50,908 nucleotides of DNA, taken from IMG/VR virus record IMGVR_UViG_3300045988_169817, one strand, 5' to 3'. The notes beneath the pieces were generated by a model. The model had not been told where the DNA came from. It searched no databases and saw only the letters and a program-made list of their open reading frames with translations. Of the stretch, positions 27,031 to 38,128 are shown in pieces; the stretch's first letter is position 1, and the number at the start of each line of letters is the position of its first letter. Position numbers and translations under genes: made by a program. The DNA comes from a virus.

Positions 27031-27426
27031 TTATTCAGTAGCTTTAGTGTGAGACAATTCAGATAAACCTTCTTCCTTGCTAAGAAGTAAAGTATAATTA
27101 CCATCAAATGTGGTAAGATAGCATGTTACTATATCGTCAGATACCTCAATATGAGAGAAATGAAGTGTAACGCCATTATCATGCGTACAAACACTAGAAA
27201 CTTCATTTCCAGTTATTGCATCTATAATGGCATCAATCTCGCTTTGGTCATCTACAATTTTATATGTAGTCTTATCAAGGTCCTCTGTCTTATCGCTTGA
27301 TATATGAACTGTGTGTGGTACATGCTTCATAAGCTCTATAGCTAATTGAGTTAAAGCTATAGAGCTAGCATTGCCTTGCTCAGATATGCTTTGCTGTATA
27401 AATTTATTTAGTTCATTTCTGGTCAT
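27031..27426 (-). CDS. Hypothetical tail-module protein (131 aa)
   Basis: ATG-initiated ORF, tightly packed. Confidence 0.5.
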   Translation of the reverse strand: MTRNELNKFIQQSISEQGNASSIALTQLAIELMKHVPHTVHISSDKTEDLDKTTYKIVDDQSEIDAIIDAITGNEVSSVCTHDNGVTLHFSHIEVSDDIVTCYLTTFDGNYTLLLSKEEGLSELSHTKATE

Positions 27427-27428
27427 AC

Positions 27429-28283
27429 CTATGAAGTTTTATAATCATTATTAAAATCATCATTAAAATCACCGCCTAGTAATTCGGGCTCATATCCACC
27501 TATGTTGGCTATGACAGTATCAGTTTCAAACTCACATTCAACCGCTGCTAAATCTCCTTGGTCTTCCCATTCAGGCTCCATGCTAAAAGTGGTCAAATCA
27601 TAAGTTTGCAATTTACTTGTAATTTGCTTTGTTTCGCATAACCTCACAATTCTAAGTGCATCACACAAGTATTCAGGAGCTAAAAATGTAAACTTATATA
27701 TCTTTTTGCTTACTTGGCTCTCAATAAAAGTATAGCCCATCCGCTCAGTGGCTTCTTCTTCAAAGTCGTATTCTGGTTTACCAACCTGAGTATTTAGGTA
27801 ACACTTAAACTTAAAGTTGTCAGAAAAGTCTACTATGCCATTTTTAAGTTCAAAGTTATATGAATTGTAATACTCAAGAAGTAAATAGTCGTCTACTTTA
27901 TTACATACCGTAAATACATCAGAGTATATAGTTCCCAAACCAGATATAAATATTGCTAAGTAATATTGGCCTTCATGCACAATTCCTATAATAGGAAGAG
28001 TGCCAGGATATTTCAATAGTTTAAATCCAGTAAATGACTTAATCTGTAAACCATTTTCTTTTATACTAGTCGTTATATCAGTATATTTTCCTGTGCTGGA
28101 ATTATATAGTCTAACCCAATTTACAGCCATACCGCTATTAAGAACTACCTGAAAAGGCATTAGCATATTCTTATAGGTTATTAGCGGATAAACCTGGCCA
28201 AAAGCATAATCTTTACGATGATTTTGCTGTGCAAGATTATCGTAAAAAGGCAATGGCGATATGTTATTATTCACTAACCTCAT
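27429..28283 (-). CDS. Hypothetical tail/baseplate protein (284 aa)
   Basis: Its position downstream of the large distal tail protein. Confidence 0.5.
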   Translation of the reverse strand: MRLVNNNISPLPFYDNLAQQNHRKDYAFGQVYPLITYKNMLMPFQVVLNSGMAVNWVRLYNSSTGKYTDITTSIKENGLQIKSFTGFKLLKYPGTLPIIGIVHEGQYYLAIFISGLGTIYSDVFTVCNKVDDYLLLEYYNSYNFELKNGIVDFSDNFKFKCYLNTQVGKPEYDFEEEATERMGYTFIESQVSKKIYKFTFLAPEYLCDALRIVRLCETKQITSKLQTYDLTTFSMEPEWEDQGDLAAVECEFETDTVIANIGGYEPELLGGDFNDDFNNDYKTS

Positions 28284-28346
28284 GCTGCTAATTTACAAAT
28301 AAAAATCTATATAAGAAAATTTCTTAATAATTTTTAACACACAGCT

Positions 28347-30581
28347 TTATTGAGGCACATAAAGTAATCTTACTTTAGCATGGCGAGTATTTACATTGAC
28401 AGAAATCTCATCTATTTTGCCATTTCCTATAGTAGTTTTAATTAGCTCAAGTCCATTCAAATCTTCTTCTATAGGAAACTCTATAGTATGATTCATGCAC
28501 ATTTTTACACCATTCACATATAAATTTCTAAGCACATTACAGTCAAGATTTGATGCAGGCATATCATACATATAAAAGCGCACAAGGTATGCCCAAGCTG
28601 CATAGAAATTCTGAATTATAGCATCATATGTATCACCGTTTTCATCTACCAACCGTGTTTCAACTATGGGCAATTCTAAAGAGGAGCCCTTTTTAACAGG
28701 GCATAATAATGCAAAGCCATCATCTGAGAAATTAGATGGGTTAAATAGCATATAATCCACATCAGATGAAAACTGGCTTATATTTATTTCTTCTGTTTTA
28801 TCTTTCTGTATATAGTTAGATTTAACATCTATGGTTACTCCACCAAACAAATCAGTAACGTCATCCATCCAGCCAAACTCGTATCGTTGGTTTAGGTCTG
28901 TTTTATCATATTCTACTTCTGATTGAAAATATGATGATAGCTTTTTGTTAAACTGGTCTACTAGTTTAGTAAAATCAAGCTGAACATTTGTATTATAAAG
29001 GTATGAGCCTCCTCTCCTAAAGAAACGTATGTGTTCAATCTTAAATTTATTGTCTTCTATATACCAGTAGCATCTAAAACAGTCACGCAGCATTTTCATA
29101 AGTTCTTCTAATGAAGCTTCCGCTTTTTGAGCTGGCTGGTCATAGTCTCCTTTAAGTATATTAGTTTTTTGTGTTATATATACATAAAATCTTGCCAGTC
29201 CTAATGGATTAGAACTTCCGTATAAGAATTGGCTGTATTCAGGTGTTGGTTCATGCGTAATATTCGGGTCTATTTTTTTAAGTATAGCTTTTATGGCTGC
29301 ACCAATAGAATAACTATCTTTTAATACATATTGCTTTCTTAATTTTTCTTCAAAATATTCATAAAAACTATCATATACATACCACAGTGAAGCATTTGCC
29401 CATGAATTTTTGCTAATAGGCAAAGGTCTTCCTAAACCTGTACTACCAGGAATAAACTGGTTAGTAAAATACTGTCCGTAATCATTTGGACCATATTTTG
29501 TTGGCTCATCTACTGCTCTAGAAGTGCAAAAAAACATACCACCTTTTAAACCAATGCACTTCTTATAATTTCTATTATCTGCAACAAAATCATTGGATGG
29601 CAAATTATAGGTATTTTTAACACCTTCTGAGTCTTCTACAGTATCTACATCACAAAGCAGACGCCTATATATTCTATATGTAAACAAATTACTTATAGTA
29701 CATGAGTTTTTAGCATTTTCCACATCTATTAGTTTAGAGGTATATCTTAAGTGTTTATCATTAGCGTAATCTCGGTCTTCTGAAAACAGCGTTTCATCAT
29801 CGATATTAACAGCTGTTTCAGATTTATATAGTACTTTATTATCTGAATTTCTTTTTATCATAATAAAGTAGCTTATATCTGTAAATGGTGGTCGAGCATT
29901 AGGATTTTTCTCTAAATAGCAAGTATAACCATTCCAGTTGCTATAATAGCCATTAGTTCCGGCATATACGCCATTAACACCTGCTTTGTTAGAATTTCCT
30001 ATGTAAAATTCATTACCAGATTTTATATAGGAAAAATAGAAGTTATTTATAAGCGCAGCATTGTCATCTATACTTTCATTCACATCATCTTCCCAATAGG
30101 TACCACCGAAGAAATTAGTTATAGAATTGGCACCACGGACATAAACTTGCATGAGTGAGCGTTTATGCAAGTTTATTTTTGATATTTCAGGAGCAAGTTT
30201 TATAAGGTCATAAGTATTTTCATATTTATTCATGACCTCTGTATAGTTATCTATTGTTGTAGTTTTAAGTTCACATTTCTTCTTATCGTGGTCGAATTTA
30301 CAATCAGTCTTACTAAATTCACCTCTATAATATTCAACCCATTTTTTGGAAGTACTGTTATATTTATCTATTATAAAAACAAGTTGGTCTTCTATGTTTG
30401 ATTGACTTACTATTTCATAGTCAGCGCCAAACAAATTTATTTTTCCATCTAGCGAAATACGGAAAAATTCTTGCCCGCTTTCTTTAGCATATTTCTTATT
30501 AAGCTCTTTATAATGTGGATTTACTTCTACTTTATCACCACCATTCTTCGATATGTAAAATTTATATTTTGGAGGTATCAT
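28347..30581 (-). CDS. Large distal tail / baseplate protein (744 aa)
   Basis: It lies immediately downstream of the tape measure gene, and the size is typical. Confidence 0.5.
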   Translation of the reverse strand: MIPPKYKFYISKNGGDKVEVNPHYKELNKKYAKESGQEFFRISLDGKINLFGADYEIVSQSNIEDQLVFIIDKYNSTSKKWVEYYRGEFSKTDCKFDHDKKKCELKTTTIDNYTEVMNKYENTYDLIKLAPEISKINLHKRSLMQVYVRGANSITNFFGGTYWEDDVNESIDDNAALINNFYFSYIKSGNEFYIGNSNKAGVNGVYAGTNGYYSNWNGYTCYLEKNPNARPPFTDISYFIMIKRNSDNKVLYKSETAVNIDDETLFSEDRDYANDKHLRYTSKLIDVENAKNSCTISNLFTYRIYRRLLCDVDTVEDSEGVKNTYNLPSNDFVADNRNYKKCIGLKGGMFFCTSRAVDEPTKYGPNDYGQYFTNQFIPGSTGLGRPLPISKNSWANASLWYVYDSFYEYFEEKLRKQYVLKDSYSIGAAIKAILKKIDPNITHEPTPEYSQFLYGSSNPLGLARFYVYITQKTNILKGDYDQPAQKAEASLEELMKMLRDCFRCYWYIEDNKFKIEHIRFFRRGGSYLYNTNVQLDFTKLVDQFNKKLSSYFQSEVEYDKTDLNQRYEFGWMDDVTDLFGGVTIDVKSNYIQKDKTEEINISQFSSDVDYMLFNPSNFSDDGFALLCPVKKGSSLELPIVETRLVDENGDTYDAIIQNFYAAWAYLVRFYMYDMPASNLDCNVLRNLYVNGVKMCMNHTIEFPIEEDLNGLELIKTTIGNGKIDEISVNVNTRHAKVRLLYVPQ

Positions 30582-30585
30582 ATCT

Positions 30586-33500
30586 TTAATTCTTTATAAT
30601 TCGTTTAACATTTTTATGCTGAATAACTACTGTGCCGTTAGGTAGTGTATAATATTTAGTTTCGCTCTGTTTTCTAATACTTCGCACATCATCCTCTATT
30701 TTTGAAAGGTCCACGCTTCCATTAGAATTAAGAGAAATATTCAACCCATCTGAGCTAGCAAATGCATTAAGATATTTATCTTCAAATGTTCCTTTATTTA
30801 GACTATTAATAACATCTGGAAGTATCTTTTTGTATTTCCTAGTTCGCTTCTTACTTATAATAGCAAGTGCTTCTCCACCTTCAGCTCTCATTCTGCGCTT
30901 CTTCTTATTCTTTACGCCCAAATCAATATCATCACCAGATGCATGAGAGCCTCCTTCCAAGAACTCAAGGCCTCCTTCTCCATATTCATCAGACTGGCCC
31001 GCTGTTACTTGTTTGGCTTTAACTTTTGCAACAGCGAATGAGGCCCACATCGTAGCAATGGCGGCCAATGCAAGGGCTGGGCCGACAATAGGAATTGAAG
31101 AGAATGAACTCCACAAATTAGCAGATGCTGTGACAAGCGAAGATGCCTGAGTAACAGTGTTCATTGCTTCTTGACGTTTTTGGGCTGCCTGCAGCATTTT
31201 TTGTTTTTCTTGCTGATTTTTCTTTTCTTGCTCTAATTCTTTTTTAGCAGTAGCTACGTTATTAGCATAGCCATTATTGCGAGCCTCAACCTCGGCATCA
31301 TAAGCTTTTTGTGCGGCCTCTACTCGAGCTTCAGCTGCTTCTACGGCCTGTTCAGCTAATTCAACTTCGGCATCCATAATGGATTGAAGCTGTTCTATTA
31401 CTATATTTACAGCATCTTTTAGGGCATCAATCTGGTCATCGCTAAATCCAAGCTTTTCAAGTAAAGTACCTCCTAAACCTTTTTTGCCAATATTCATTAT
31501 GAAGTTATCAAGCTCAGATAATTCACGGTCTATTCCTTTTACAGTAGATTTAGCAGCATCTATTTGAGCTTGACTCCAATCAAGTCCACCAGACTCAGCA
31601 AGTCTTATCTGTTCTTGCCATCTGGCTTTTTCTTGCTCAAGCTTAAATCGTGTTATTTCTGTTTCACTTCGCTTAACTTCATTGAATATAGCTTCATCTA
31701 AAGCCTGTTGCTCATCAAAGCTGGTCATTTGGAATGACCCTTTAGTTTGAGCTGCAGACTTATCAAACTGTGCATTTATTACAGATGTACTTACTTGCTG
31801 TTCTGCGGGTTTAGCAGCATTTTGTGCTAAAGCTAATTGCCTACGTATTTCATTTTGCTGAAGTAGCAAATTAAGTTCATCTTCGCTGCCTTTTTTAACA
31901 AGCTCAAGCTGATTTTCAATATCACGCTCTCTTGCATCTAAGATTTTCTGGTCATACTCACTCCACAACTCAAGTTTTTTCTTGTTGAGCTCAATAAGTA
32001 TTTCTTCTTCAGAGCGAGCTTGGTCATCTCCTGCCTCTAATAATCTCTTATTAGTATCAAGTATCAAAGCATATTCCAAATCAAGATTTTCTTCCATGAG
32101 TTTGCGCTCTTCTACCAACGAGGCTTCCATTTGAGAAGCGTCGCGTGTAACTACTACATTGGTAGTTACAGTAGACTCTTGATTTTGAGCTGCTTCAGTT
32201 GCTGCGCTAGTATCAATAGGATTTATAGTATTACGCTGCGTCTGCAAAGAAGCAACTTTTTGCTCATTCTGAATTTGTTGTAATTGAAGGTGTAATGCTC
32301 GTAAATTATTAGCAACAGTCTTAGTTATAAGCTCTTGCTGCCTATCAATTTGTTTCTTCTGGTCTTCAGTAAGCTTTTTATATTTTCCATCTACATTTTT
32401 AACATATTCTTCGTTAAGGCGATACATCTCACGAAGCTTGTTATTTTCACCCTGAACCTGGTCAGCTGCGGCTTTACGCCTTTTAGCATATTCATCTTTA
32501 AGTAATTCAGTTACACTTTCCTCGTACTCTCTTTGTATTTTTATATCATTCTGGTTTATAGCACGAGTTAAGTCACGCGGCTCTCTTGTATGTGTTTTTG
32601 TAGTTTTATGTTTTCCTTCTATGCCAGCAGCTTCAAGTTGAGCTTTAGCAGCTTTTTCATATCCAGCCGCTAAATCAAAATATGCATCTCCTGTTTTCTC
32701 TGCAGCATATGCTTCATCATTGAGGTCTTTAATTCTCTGTTGTCTAAAATCTTCTGCAGATACCTGGTCAGCTACTTGTAAATTAGCTGCAGATGGACCC
32801 ATACCGTATTCATCAGTAGCTCGTAAACTTGTTTGCACCCACCAGTTTTTGAATTTATCCCAACCTGATGGGCCTTTACCTGCTTCTGTTTCTGCTTTAT
32901 TTCTAGCGATTAAAGCTTTTTCGTATTCATCTGCGGCTAACTTTTGAGCAGCAGCAGCTTTAGCTCTTAATTTAAGAGCATTGATTACAGCTTCAGTATT
33001 ATCTACAAATACACTTTCAGCATCTGTTACATTATTAACAGATACTCCAAGCTGGTCAAAATTAGATTTGTTGTCTTTAATCCACTGGTCTTTCTTAGCA
33101 GTAGTTTCAAGATTTTTCCATTCCTGCTGTAATTGCTTTAGCTTTACAATGTTATTGCCGTAGCTGCCATTAGTATCTTCAAGTTCTTTAGCTATATTAT
33201 CAAGAGCCTCAGTTGTAGATATAACAGCGTTTTTTGCTTTGAAAAGATTACCAACCCATGTTATAATCTGTTTGCCAAACATGGAAAATACGGTAAGCAG
33301 TATAACAAGCACAGTATTCCAGCTAAACAAAGCTTTAACTATTGAGCCTGTTACACTTACAGTTGCTTTACCTTCTGCTCTCAACAATTCATTTTGTTTT
33401 CTTAGCCTAATAATTTCATCAACAACCATAGGTATATTGTTAGATATACCTAAAAAGAAAGTATTAAGTGATACAGCAGCAGCTGGTAATTCTCGTACTA

Positions 33501-34521
33501 CCTGAGAGATAGATATTCCTAAGCCATCCCATGTTCTTTGATAATGCCCTACGGATAATTTGTAACTGCCTGTGGCTTCTTGAAGCTTTATCATTTGCTG
33601 ATAAATTTCATTTGTTTCCGCTTCAAGTTTTTTACCAGTATCAACTGCTTCTCTTTGAGCAGCAGACATTTGGTTAAGCTTTATTTTATTCAGCTCATAT
33701 TGTGCTGAAAGTCTATTATATGACCCTTCAGCAGAAGCTGCTATTGTTGCTTGAAGTTGAGCAACTCTATTTGCTTCTTTTATCTGAGTCGAATATAACT
33801 TTAATTGCTGATTTTCTTCAGATTGAGCGTAAGCTAATTTTTGTTGTGCTTGAGCTATAGGGTCAATAGTAGCCTGTTGTTGTCTTCTAGAAGAAGTCAG
33901 CTCAGATATTTTTCTTTTTAATTCTATAAGTCGTTTACCTTCATCTGATTGTAAGTATGTTAATCTCTGTTCAGCTTTTTCAACTTCGGTTAAGGTCTGA
34001 ATATGAGGCTTCATTGTATCATCAAGAGCCTTAATTTGATTTTTAAGGTTGATAATATCACCAAGAAGTTGTTGCCCCATTTCGCTATCTGCTCTTTCAG
34101 CCGCAGTTAAAGACTTATATAGCTCAACTGTTTGCTTTAGGTCAGACTTAAGACGGTCATAAGAAGATATAGCTTGCTGGATATAACGCTGCTGTTCTAC
34201 AGTTGCTCTATTAGCATCTGAAGTTTGTGCTTTAAGCCAAGCAATCTGTTTACCCGTATCAGATAAAGCTAATTTAAGCTCATTCTGAGCTCTTTCAAGT
34301 CTTGACGTAGACGCTGTTGCTTCATCGACAGCTTTACGCCCTTCACTTGTAGCTCCACTAGCAGATTTAAGAGAATGCACAATCCTATCTGCACCTGCTC
34401 TGATAGCATTTACCATTGTCTCGTATGACTGATTGAGCTCGCCAAGTTGCTTGACAAGTTTTTCAATCGAGTCATCCGGCTCAATTATATCACTATATTT
34501 TATCTTATCGTCTTCAGCCAC
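30586..34521 (-). CDS. Tape measure protein (1311 aa)
   Basis: Very long coiled-coil-rich ORF with internal hydrophobic segments (VLVILLTVFSMFG, IVGPALALAAIATMWASFAV). It has a GTG start 3 nt after the upstream stop codon. Confidence 0.8.
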   Translation of the reverse strand: MAEDDKIKYSDIIEPDDSIEKLVKQLGELNQSYETMVNAIRAGADRIVHSLKSASGATSEGRKAVDEATASTSRLERAQNELKLALSDTGKQIAWLKAQTSDANRATVEQQRYIQQAISSYDRLKSDLKQTVELYKSLTAAERADSEMGQQLLGDIINLKNQIKALDDTMKPHIQTLTEVEKAEQRLTYLQSDEGKRLIELKRKISELTSSRRQQQATIDPIAQAQQKLAYAQSEENQQLKLYSTQIKEANRVAQLQATIAASAEGSYNRLSAQYELNKIKLNQMSAAQREAVDTGKKLEAETNEIYQQMIKLQEATGSYKLSVGHYQRTWDGLGISISQVVRELPAAAVSLNTFFLGISNNIPMVVDEIIRLRKQNELLRAEGKATVSVTGSIVKALFSWNTVLVILLTVFSMFGKQIITWVGNLFKAKNAVISTTEALDNIAKELEDTNGSYGNNIVKLKQLQQEWKNLETTAKKDQWIKDNKSNFDQLGVSVNNVTDAESVFVDNTEAVINALKLRAKAAAAQKLAADEYEKALIARNKAETEAGKGPSGWDKFKNWWVQTSLRATDEYGMGPSAANLQVADQVSAEDFRQQRIKDLNDEAYAAEKTGDAYFDLAAGYEKAAKAQLEAAGIEGKHKTTKTHTREPRDLTRAINQNDIKIQREYEESVTELLKDEYAKRRKAAADQVQGENNKLREMYRLNEEYVKNVDGKYKKLTEDQKKQIDRQQELITKTVANNLRALHLQLQQIQNEQKVASLQTQRNTINPIDTSAATEAAQNQESTVTTNVVVTRDASQMEASLVEERKLMEENLDLEYALILDTNKRLLEAGDDQARSEEEILIELNKKKLELWSEYDQKILDARERDIENQLELVKKGSEDELNLLLQQNEIRRQLALAQNAAKPAEQQVSTSVINAQFDKSAAQTKGSFQMTSFDEQQALDEAIFNEVKRSETEITRFKLEQEKARWQEQIRLAESGGLDWSQAQIDAAKSTVKGIDRELSELDNFIMNIGKKGLGGTLLEKLGFSDDQIDALKDAVNIVIEQLQSIMDAEVELAEQAVEAAEARVEAAQKAYDAEVEARNNGYANNVATAKKELEQEKKNQQEKQKMLQAAQKRQEAMNTVTQASSLVTASANLWSSFSSIPIVGPALALAAIATMWASFAVAKVKAKQVTAGQSDEYGEGGLEFLEGGSHASGDDIDLGVKNKKKRRMRAEGGEALAIISKKRTRKYKKILPDVINSLNKGTFEDKYLNAFASSDGLNISLNSNGSVDLSKIEDDVRSIRKQSETKYYTLPNGTVVIQHKNVKRIIKN

Positions 34522-34523
34522 AA

Positions 34524-35297
34524 TTATTTCCTTTTATGCCGTTTAACACTCTTGCTTTCTGCTTCTAATTGCTGTTTTATATTATCAACAGCATTATAGA
34601 ATTGAAGTACTGTCATCTTTTTAGCATCCATGCTTGTTTTTTGAGCTATCAAAAGACAAGTACTTTCAAATTGCTTATCATATTTTATCTCAACAGACTC
34701 ACTTCCTATATATGATTTTGGAGAATGCATATTAAGCATTATCATATCTATAGTTTCTATCTGTTCAGAGTTATCTGTGTCATTTATCATAGAGTCCAAC
34801 ACAAGAAGTGTTCTTTGCTTTAACTTATCGTATGCATCTTTTTCCTTTGGATTTACAAAATCTCCTGGAAAGTACATTTCAAGTTCGGTGGTTACTTTTT
34901 TTTTAAGCCAAGTCAAAAAGTCTATAATCTTTGAATGCTTTATTTCTTTAAGCCTGGCCAATATATTTTTAAGTCCATCGTCTGACAAATCATTAACTTC
35001 TTCGCCATCTATGCTATGGATAAGAGCTGCAAAAGCTAAGTACCTCGGTGAAATTTCATTGTTCACCATATACATATTTTGCCTCATGTTTTGCAGTTCT
35101 TGCAAAGCTTTTTTGGCATTATTGCTTTTAATGAATTTAGCAACACGGGTTATATGGGCATCAATATCATCTGCATCTGAGCCAATTCCAGAGTCTATAA
35201 GCAAATACTTATTGTACTTCTGAAAATTTACAATAGGCATTTCATCTATGCTGTCATATACCCGTACGACTTTTTTATTTACTATCAGGTTTTTCAT
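34524..35297 (-). CDS. Hypothetical protein upstream of the tape measure, a possible tail assembly chaperone
   Basis: Position only. Confidence 0.35.
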   Translation of the reverse strand: MKNLIVNKKVVRVYDSIDEMPIVNFQKYNKYLLIDSGIGSDADDIDAHITRVAKFIKSNNAKKALQELQNMRQNMYMVNNEISPRYLAFAALIHSIDGEEVNDLSDDGLKNILARLKEIKHSKIIDFLTWLKKKVTTELEMYFPGDFVNPKEKDAYDKLKQRTLLVLDSMINDTDNSEQIETIDMIMLNMHSPKSYIGSESVEIKYDKQFESTCLLIAQKTSMDAKKMTVLQFYNAVDNIKQQLEAESKSVKRHKRK

Positions 35298-35566
35298 ATT
35301 AAAATTCGCGTTATAGGGGTTGATATAATAGGAATAAGTATAATACTCATCTCATTAAAGAAAATAGCGAGAATGATAGCGAGAATAAGCGACGTCCAAA
35401 AGCTTAAGCAAAAGTCACAATCGAATAATTGAGAAATAAGCTTAGGAGCTCTGGTAATTATCTCATCGCGCACACCGAGTTTTCCAATTAGCAAAATAGC
35501 AAATGCTGCTGCTAAGGCTATATATATTAAAGCCGAAAGCATTGTTATAAAATATACCGTTGACAT
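35294..35566 (-). CDS. Small integral membrane protein (DUF1360-like CDFCLSFW motif)
   Basis: Three hydrophobic helices. The motif assignment is from memory. Confidence 0.45.
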   Translation of the reverse strand: MSTVYFITMLSALIYIALAAAFAILLIGKLGVRDEIITRAPKLISQLFDCDFCLSFWTSLILAIILAIFFNEMSIILIPIISTPITRILI

Positions 35567-36180
35567 AATTCTCTAGTTGTTAAAGTAAATTCAATTCGTA
35601 TTCCTGCATAAGGGTACATGAAGAATTGTTTATCAATATCTTGCATACCTTCTCCTTTATAAGTATAGTTATTATAGATTTTCTCTATTGAATAACCTTT
35701 GTATATATTTTCAAAGCGCTCATATATATCATTTATAACAAGCTTACCAGTTGTAGTAATAAGACCTGGAGTAGTTAATACTCGCATAATTTCATCTTTT
35801 ACTTCTTCTGTATGCATAACAGTTTCATCTTCATAAATACTACTGAGGTCATACCAAAATATAATAGCCCCGCTGAAAGTATATTGTGGCAATGATTGAA
35901 CTACTTCAGTAATCTTTTGTGGGTCATAAATATCAAACCATGAAAAATTGCCAAAGTTATCATTTGGTAAAAGCGACACATATTCTCCATTGCCATTATA
36001 CATTGCAGGATATATAAACTTATTACCATCTGGCCTATGTTCTACAAGCTTATATGCTCTACCAAATGCATAATTAAGCCACTTAAGTCTGTTCATAAGT
36101 GACTTTTGCATATCTTGTAATATCTTATCAAGCAATACAGGGTCTTCCTTAAATCTTATTTGTACTGAGTTTTCCTTCAT
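35545..36180 (-). CDS. Hypothetical virion/tail protein (211 aa)
   Basis: Position in the structural module. Confidence 0.5.
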   Translation of the reverse strand: MKENSVQIRFKEDPVLLDKILQDMQKSLMNRLKWLNYAFGRAYKLVEHRPDGNKFIYPAMYNGNGEYVSLLPNDNFGNFSWFDIYDPQKITEVVQSLPQYTFSGAIIFWYDLSSIYEDETVMHTEEVKDEIMRVLTTPGLITTTGKLVINDIYERFENIYKGYSIEKIYNNYTYKGEGMQDIDKQFFMYPYAGIRIEFTLTTRELCQRYIL

Positions 36181-36644
36181 TTCCTTATTGCCTGTTTTAA
36201 TCGTTTAACTAATTCTTTTCTTATGTGAGAACGAATTATTCTGGTAAAATTTTTATCTGTTAAGCGAAAAATCTCTTCACCATATTTCTCAATAAGTTCA
36301 GGTGTTTTTTCATCACTCGCGGTCACATAAAAACCTTCTGAGTCAAATACTACAAACATAGACTCATGAAAAGCACCTGTATCTCGTAATGTGACCCTTG
36401 TAGTAGGCTGACCTTTTTTCTTTTTTATTTGTATGGTTTTAGGCTTATATGGCATATAATCCATTATCTTTTCACCTCTACCATTGATACCGCGACGGTA
36501 TAGCTGGTCATCTGCTATAGCTGATACTATTACGTCTTCTTTGTCACGCACAATATCTTCTAATAGCATAGGCAAGCTATCCTTAAAACTTCGCAACCTA
36601 TATTCCAGATTGCGGAGTGTTGCGTTATATCGTTTTACGGCCAT
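36177..36644 (-). CDS. Putative head-tail joining / virion morphogenesis protein (HK97 gp10-like or Mu G-like)
   Basis: The LRDTGAFHESM pattern and the size and position. Confidence 0.4.
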   Translation of the reverse strand: MAVKRYNATLRNLEYRLRSFKDSLPMLLEDIVRDKEDVIVSAIADDQLYRRGINGRGEKIMDYMPYKPKTIQIKKKKGQPTTRVTLRDTGAFHESMFVVFDSEGFYVTASDEKTPELIEKYGEEIFRLTDKNFTRIIRSHIRKELVKRLKQAIRK

Positions 36645-36646
36645 AC

Positions 36647-37987
36647 TTATACAGTTCTATATTTAATGCCATTGTTTCGACACGGCAAACATACTCTATC
36701 AATTCCAGAAGTACTCAACTTAATGGCCTTGAAAGCCATATCTAGTTGATAGCTTAGGCCTGATTTTTTCATAGAAGAAGAGTCGCCATCTACTTCATAT
36801 AGTATATCAAGTCGAGAAGCATTGATTGAATGTCTGTTTGTCCTTACGTTAGAGTTATATGCAAATTCGCGTAACATATCTACAGCTACCTGCTTAGCTA
36901 TGACATCTTGAAACATCATTCTCTGTTCAATTATAAAATCTGTAATATCACAGCTTACAGTGACTTCTAAATTTAATCCGTAGTTGTTATCATAAGTATA
37001 TTGATTATTTTCAACATCCCATAGATGAAGCGGGCACTTTGCAAAATCTTCGTTAAAGTCATCATTGAAATTAACTGCATCTACAAGTTCTTCATTTACA
37101 AAAAATGGATGAATTTCAAGATAATTAGACCATGCCATCCAAGCAAGTAATTCTCTACGTGAGCATGAACCGCAAGGCTCTTTTGACCAGTCTTTATTTT
37201 TTCTAATAGCTTGACTTCCCTCTGGAAGTTCAGACTGAAAATAGCACAAATACCAACTTCCTCCTGCATCATTATCTTCACTTTGGTATGGCAAATAGAG
37301 GTCATCGACTGTAAACCATTCAGCGCTATTATCTCGTATCTTATTAAGCTTTATAATCTTTACTGGAGCATCCATACTTGAATGCATAAGATACAAAGTA
37401 TATTCTCCAGCTTTAGTAAACTGAAGGCATATTTTATTTATCTTTGTGGTTACGCCTTTTGCTCTTACTGGTACAATCTCGAAGCCGACTAAGTTTTTCT
37501 TATTCTTTACAGTATCTACTAATCTACCTGTTCCATCAAACAAAGTACGACTTTCGCATAATGGCTTATTTGTTCCTTCTACCGTTTTTTCATTGCAGTA
37601 TCTAGCAATAGCCTTTTGAATGCTTGCTTTTGTTTTGCTCTCGAGCCATTCAGAGAATAAATTAGTTTCAACCCAATATTCAGATTCTATATCAGGCTGT
37701 TTTCCTTTTGATTTTTGTAGTGCCTTATATTGAGTTTCTTGATAGCTTACTACATTGCCTTTATTATATTCTTTTTCAGAATCATACTCTGGAAAACTAA
37801 TATTTTTAAAATCCGGGGCAATGCATGACATGTTTTGCAAAGTCAACAAAGGATGAATTTGTTGAAAATATAGGCCACTTTCACTCACGGTTAAAGCATC
37901 AGATATTTTTAAGTCTGATGTATCATAATTCTGCTCCCACCCAATAAGATGTAACAGCTTTTCTTGTATATCGTTGGCTCTAACCAT
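36647..37987 (-). CDS. Hypothetical structural protein (446 aa)
   Basis: Large ORF directly after the capsid gene terminator. No motif recognised. Confidence 0.55.
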   Translation of the reverse strand: MVRANDIQEKLLHLIGWEQNYDTSDLKISDALTVSESGLYFQQIHPLLTLQNMSCIAPDFKNISFPEYDSEKEYNKGNVVSYQETQYKALQKSKGKQPDIESEYWVETNLFSEWLESKTKASIQKAIARYCNEKTVEGTNKPLCESRTLFDGTGRLVDTVKNKKNLVGFEIVPVRAKGVTTKINKICLQFTKAGEYTLYLMHSSMDAPVKIIKLNKIRDNSAEWFTVDDLYLPYQSEDNDAGGSWYLCYFQSELPEGSQAIRKNKDWSKEPCGSCSRRELLAWMAWSNYLEIHPFFVNEELVDAVNFNDDFNEDFAKCPLHLWDVENNQYTYDNNYGLNLEVTVSCDITDFIIEQRMMFQDVIAKQVAVDMLREFAYNSNVRTNRHSINASRLDILYEVDGDSSSMKKSGLSYQLDMAFKAIKLSTSGIDRVCLPCRNNGIKYRTV

Positions 37988-38006
37988 AATTCTTAATTTT
38001 TTAATG

Positions 38007-38051
38007 AAAAATAGGAGGCCACTATCGCCTAGTGGCTTAGTGTGCCTCCTA
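38007..38051 (-). terminator. Rho-independent terminator after the capsid gene
   Basis: Nested hairpin TAGGAGG...GCCACTA-nnnnn-TAGTGGC...CCTCCTA followed by TTTTT on the minus strand. Confidence 0.7.
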
Positions 38052-38128
38052 CCAAAGCTAATAACAACTCAAAGATTTGCTATCGGTTTTTATCCAAAGT
38101 CGTTGTTAAAATCATTGTTAAATGACCT

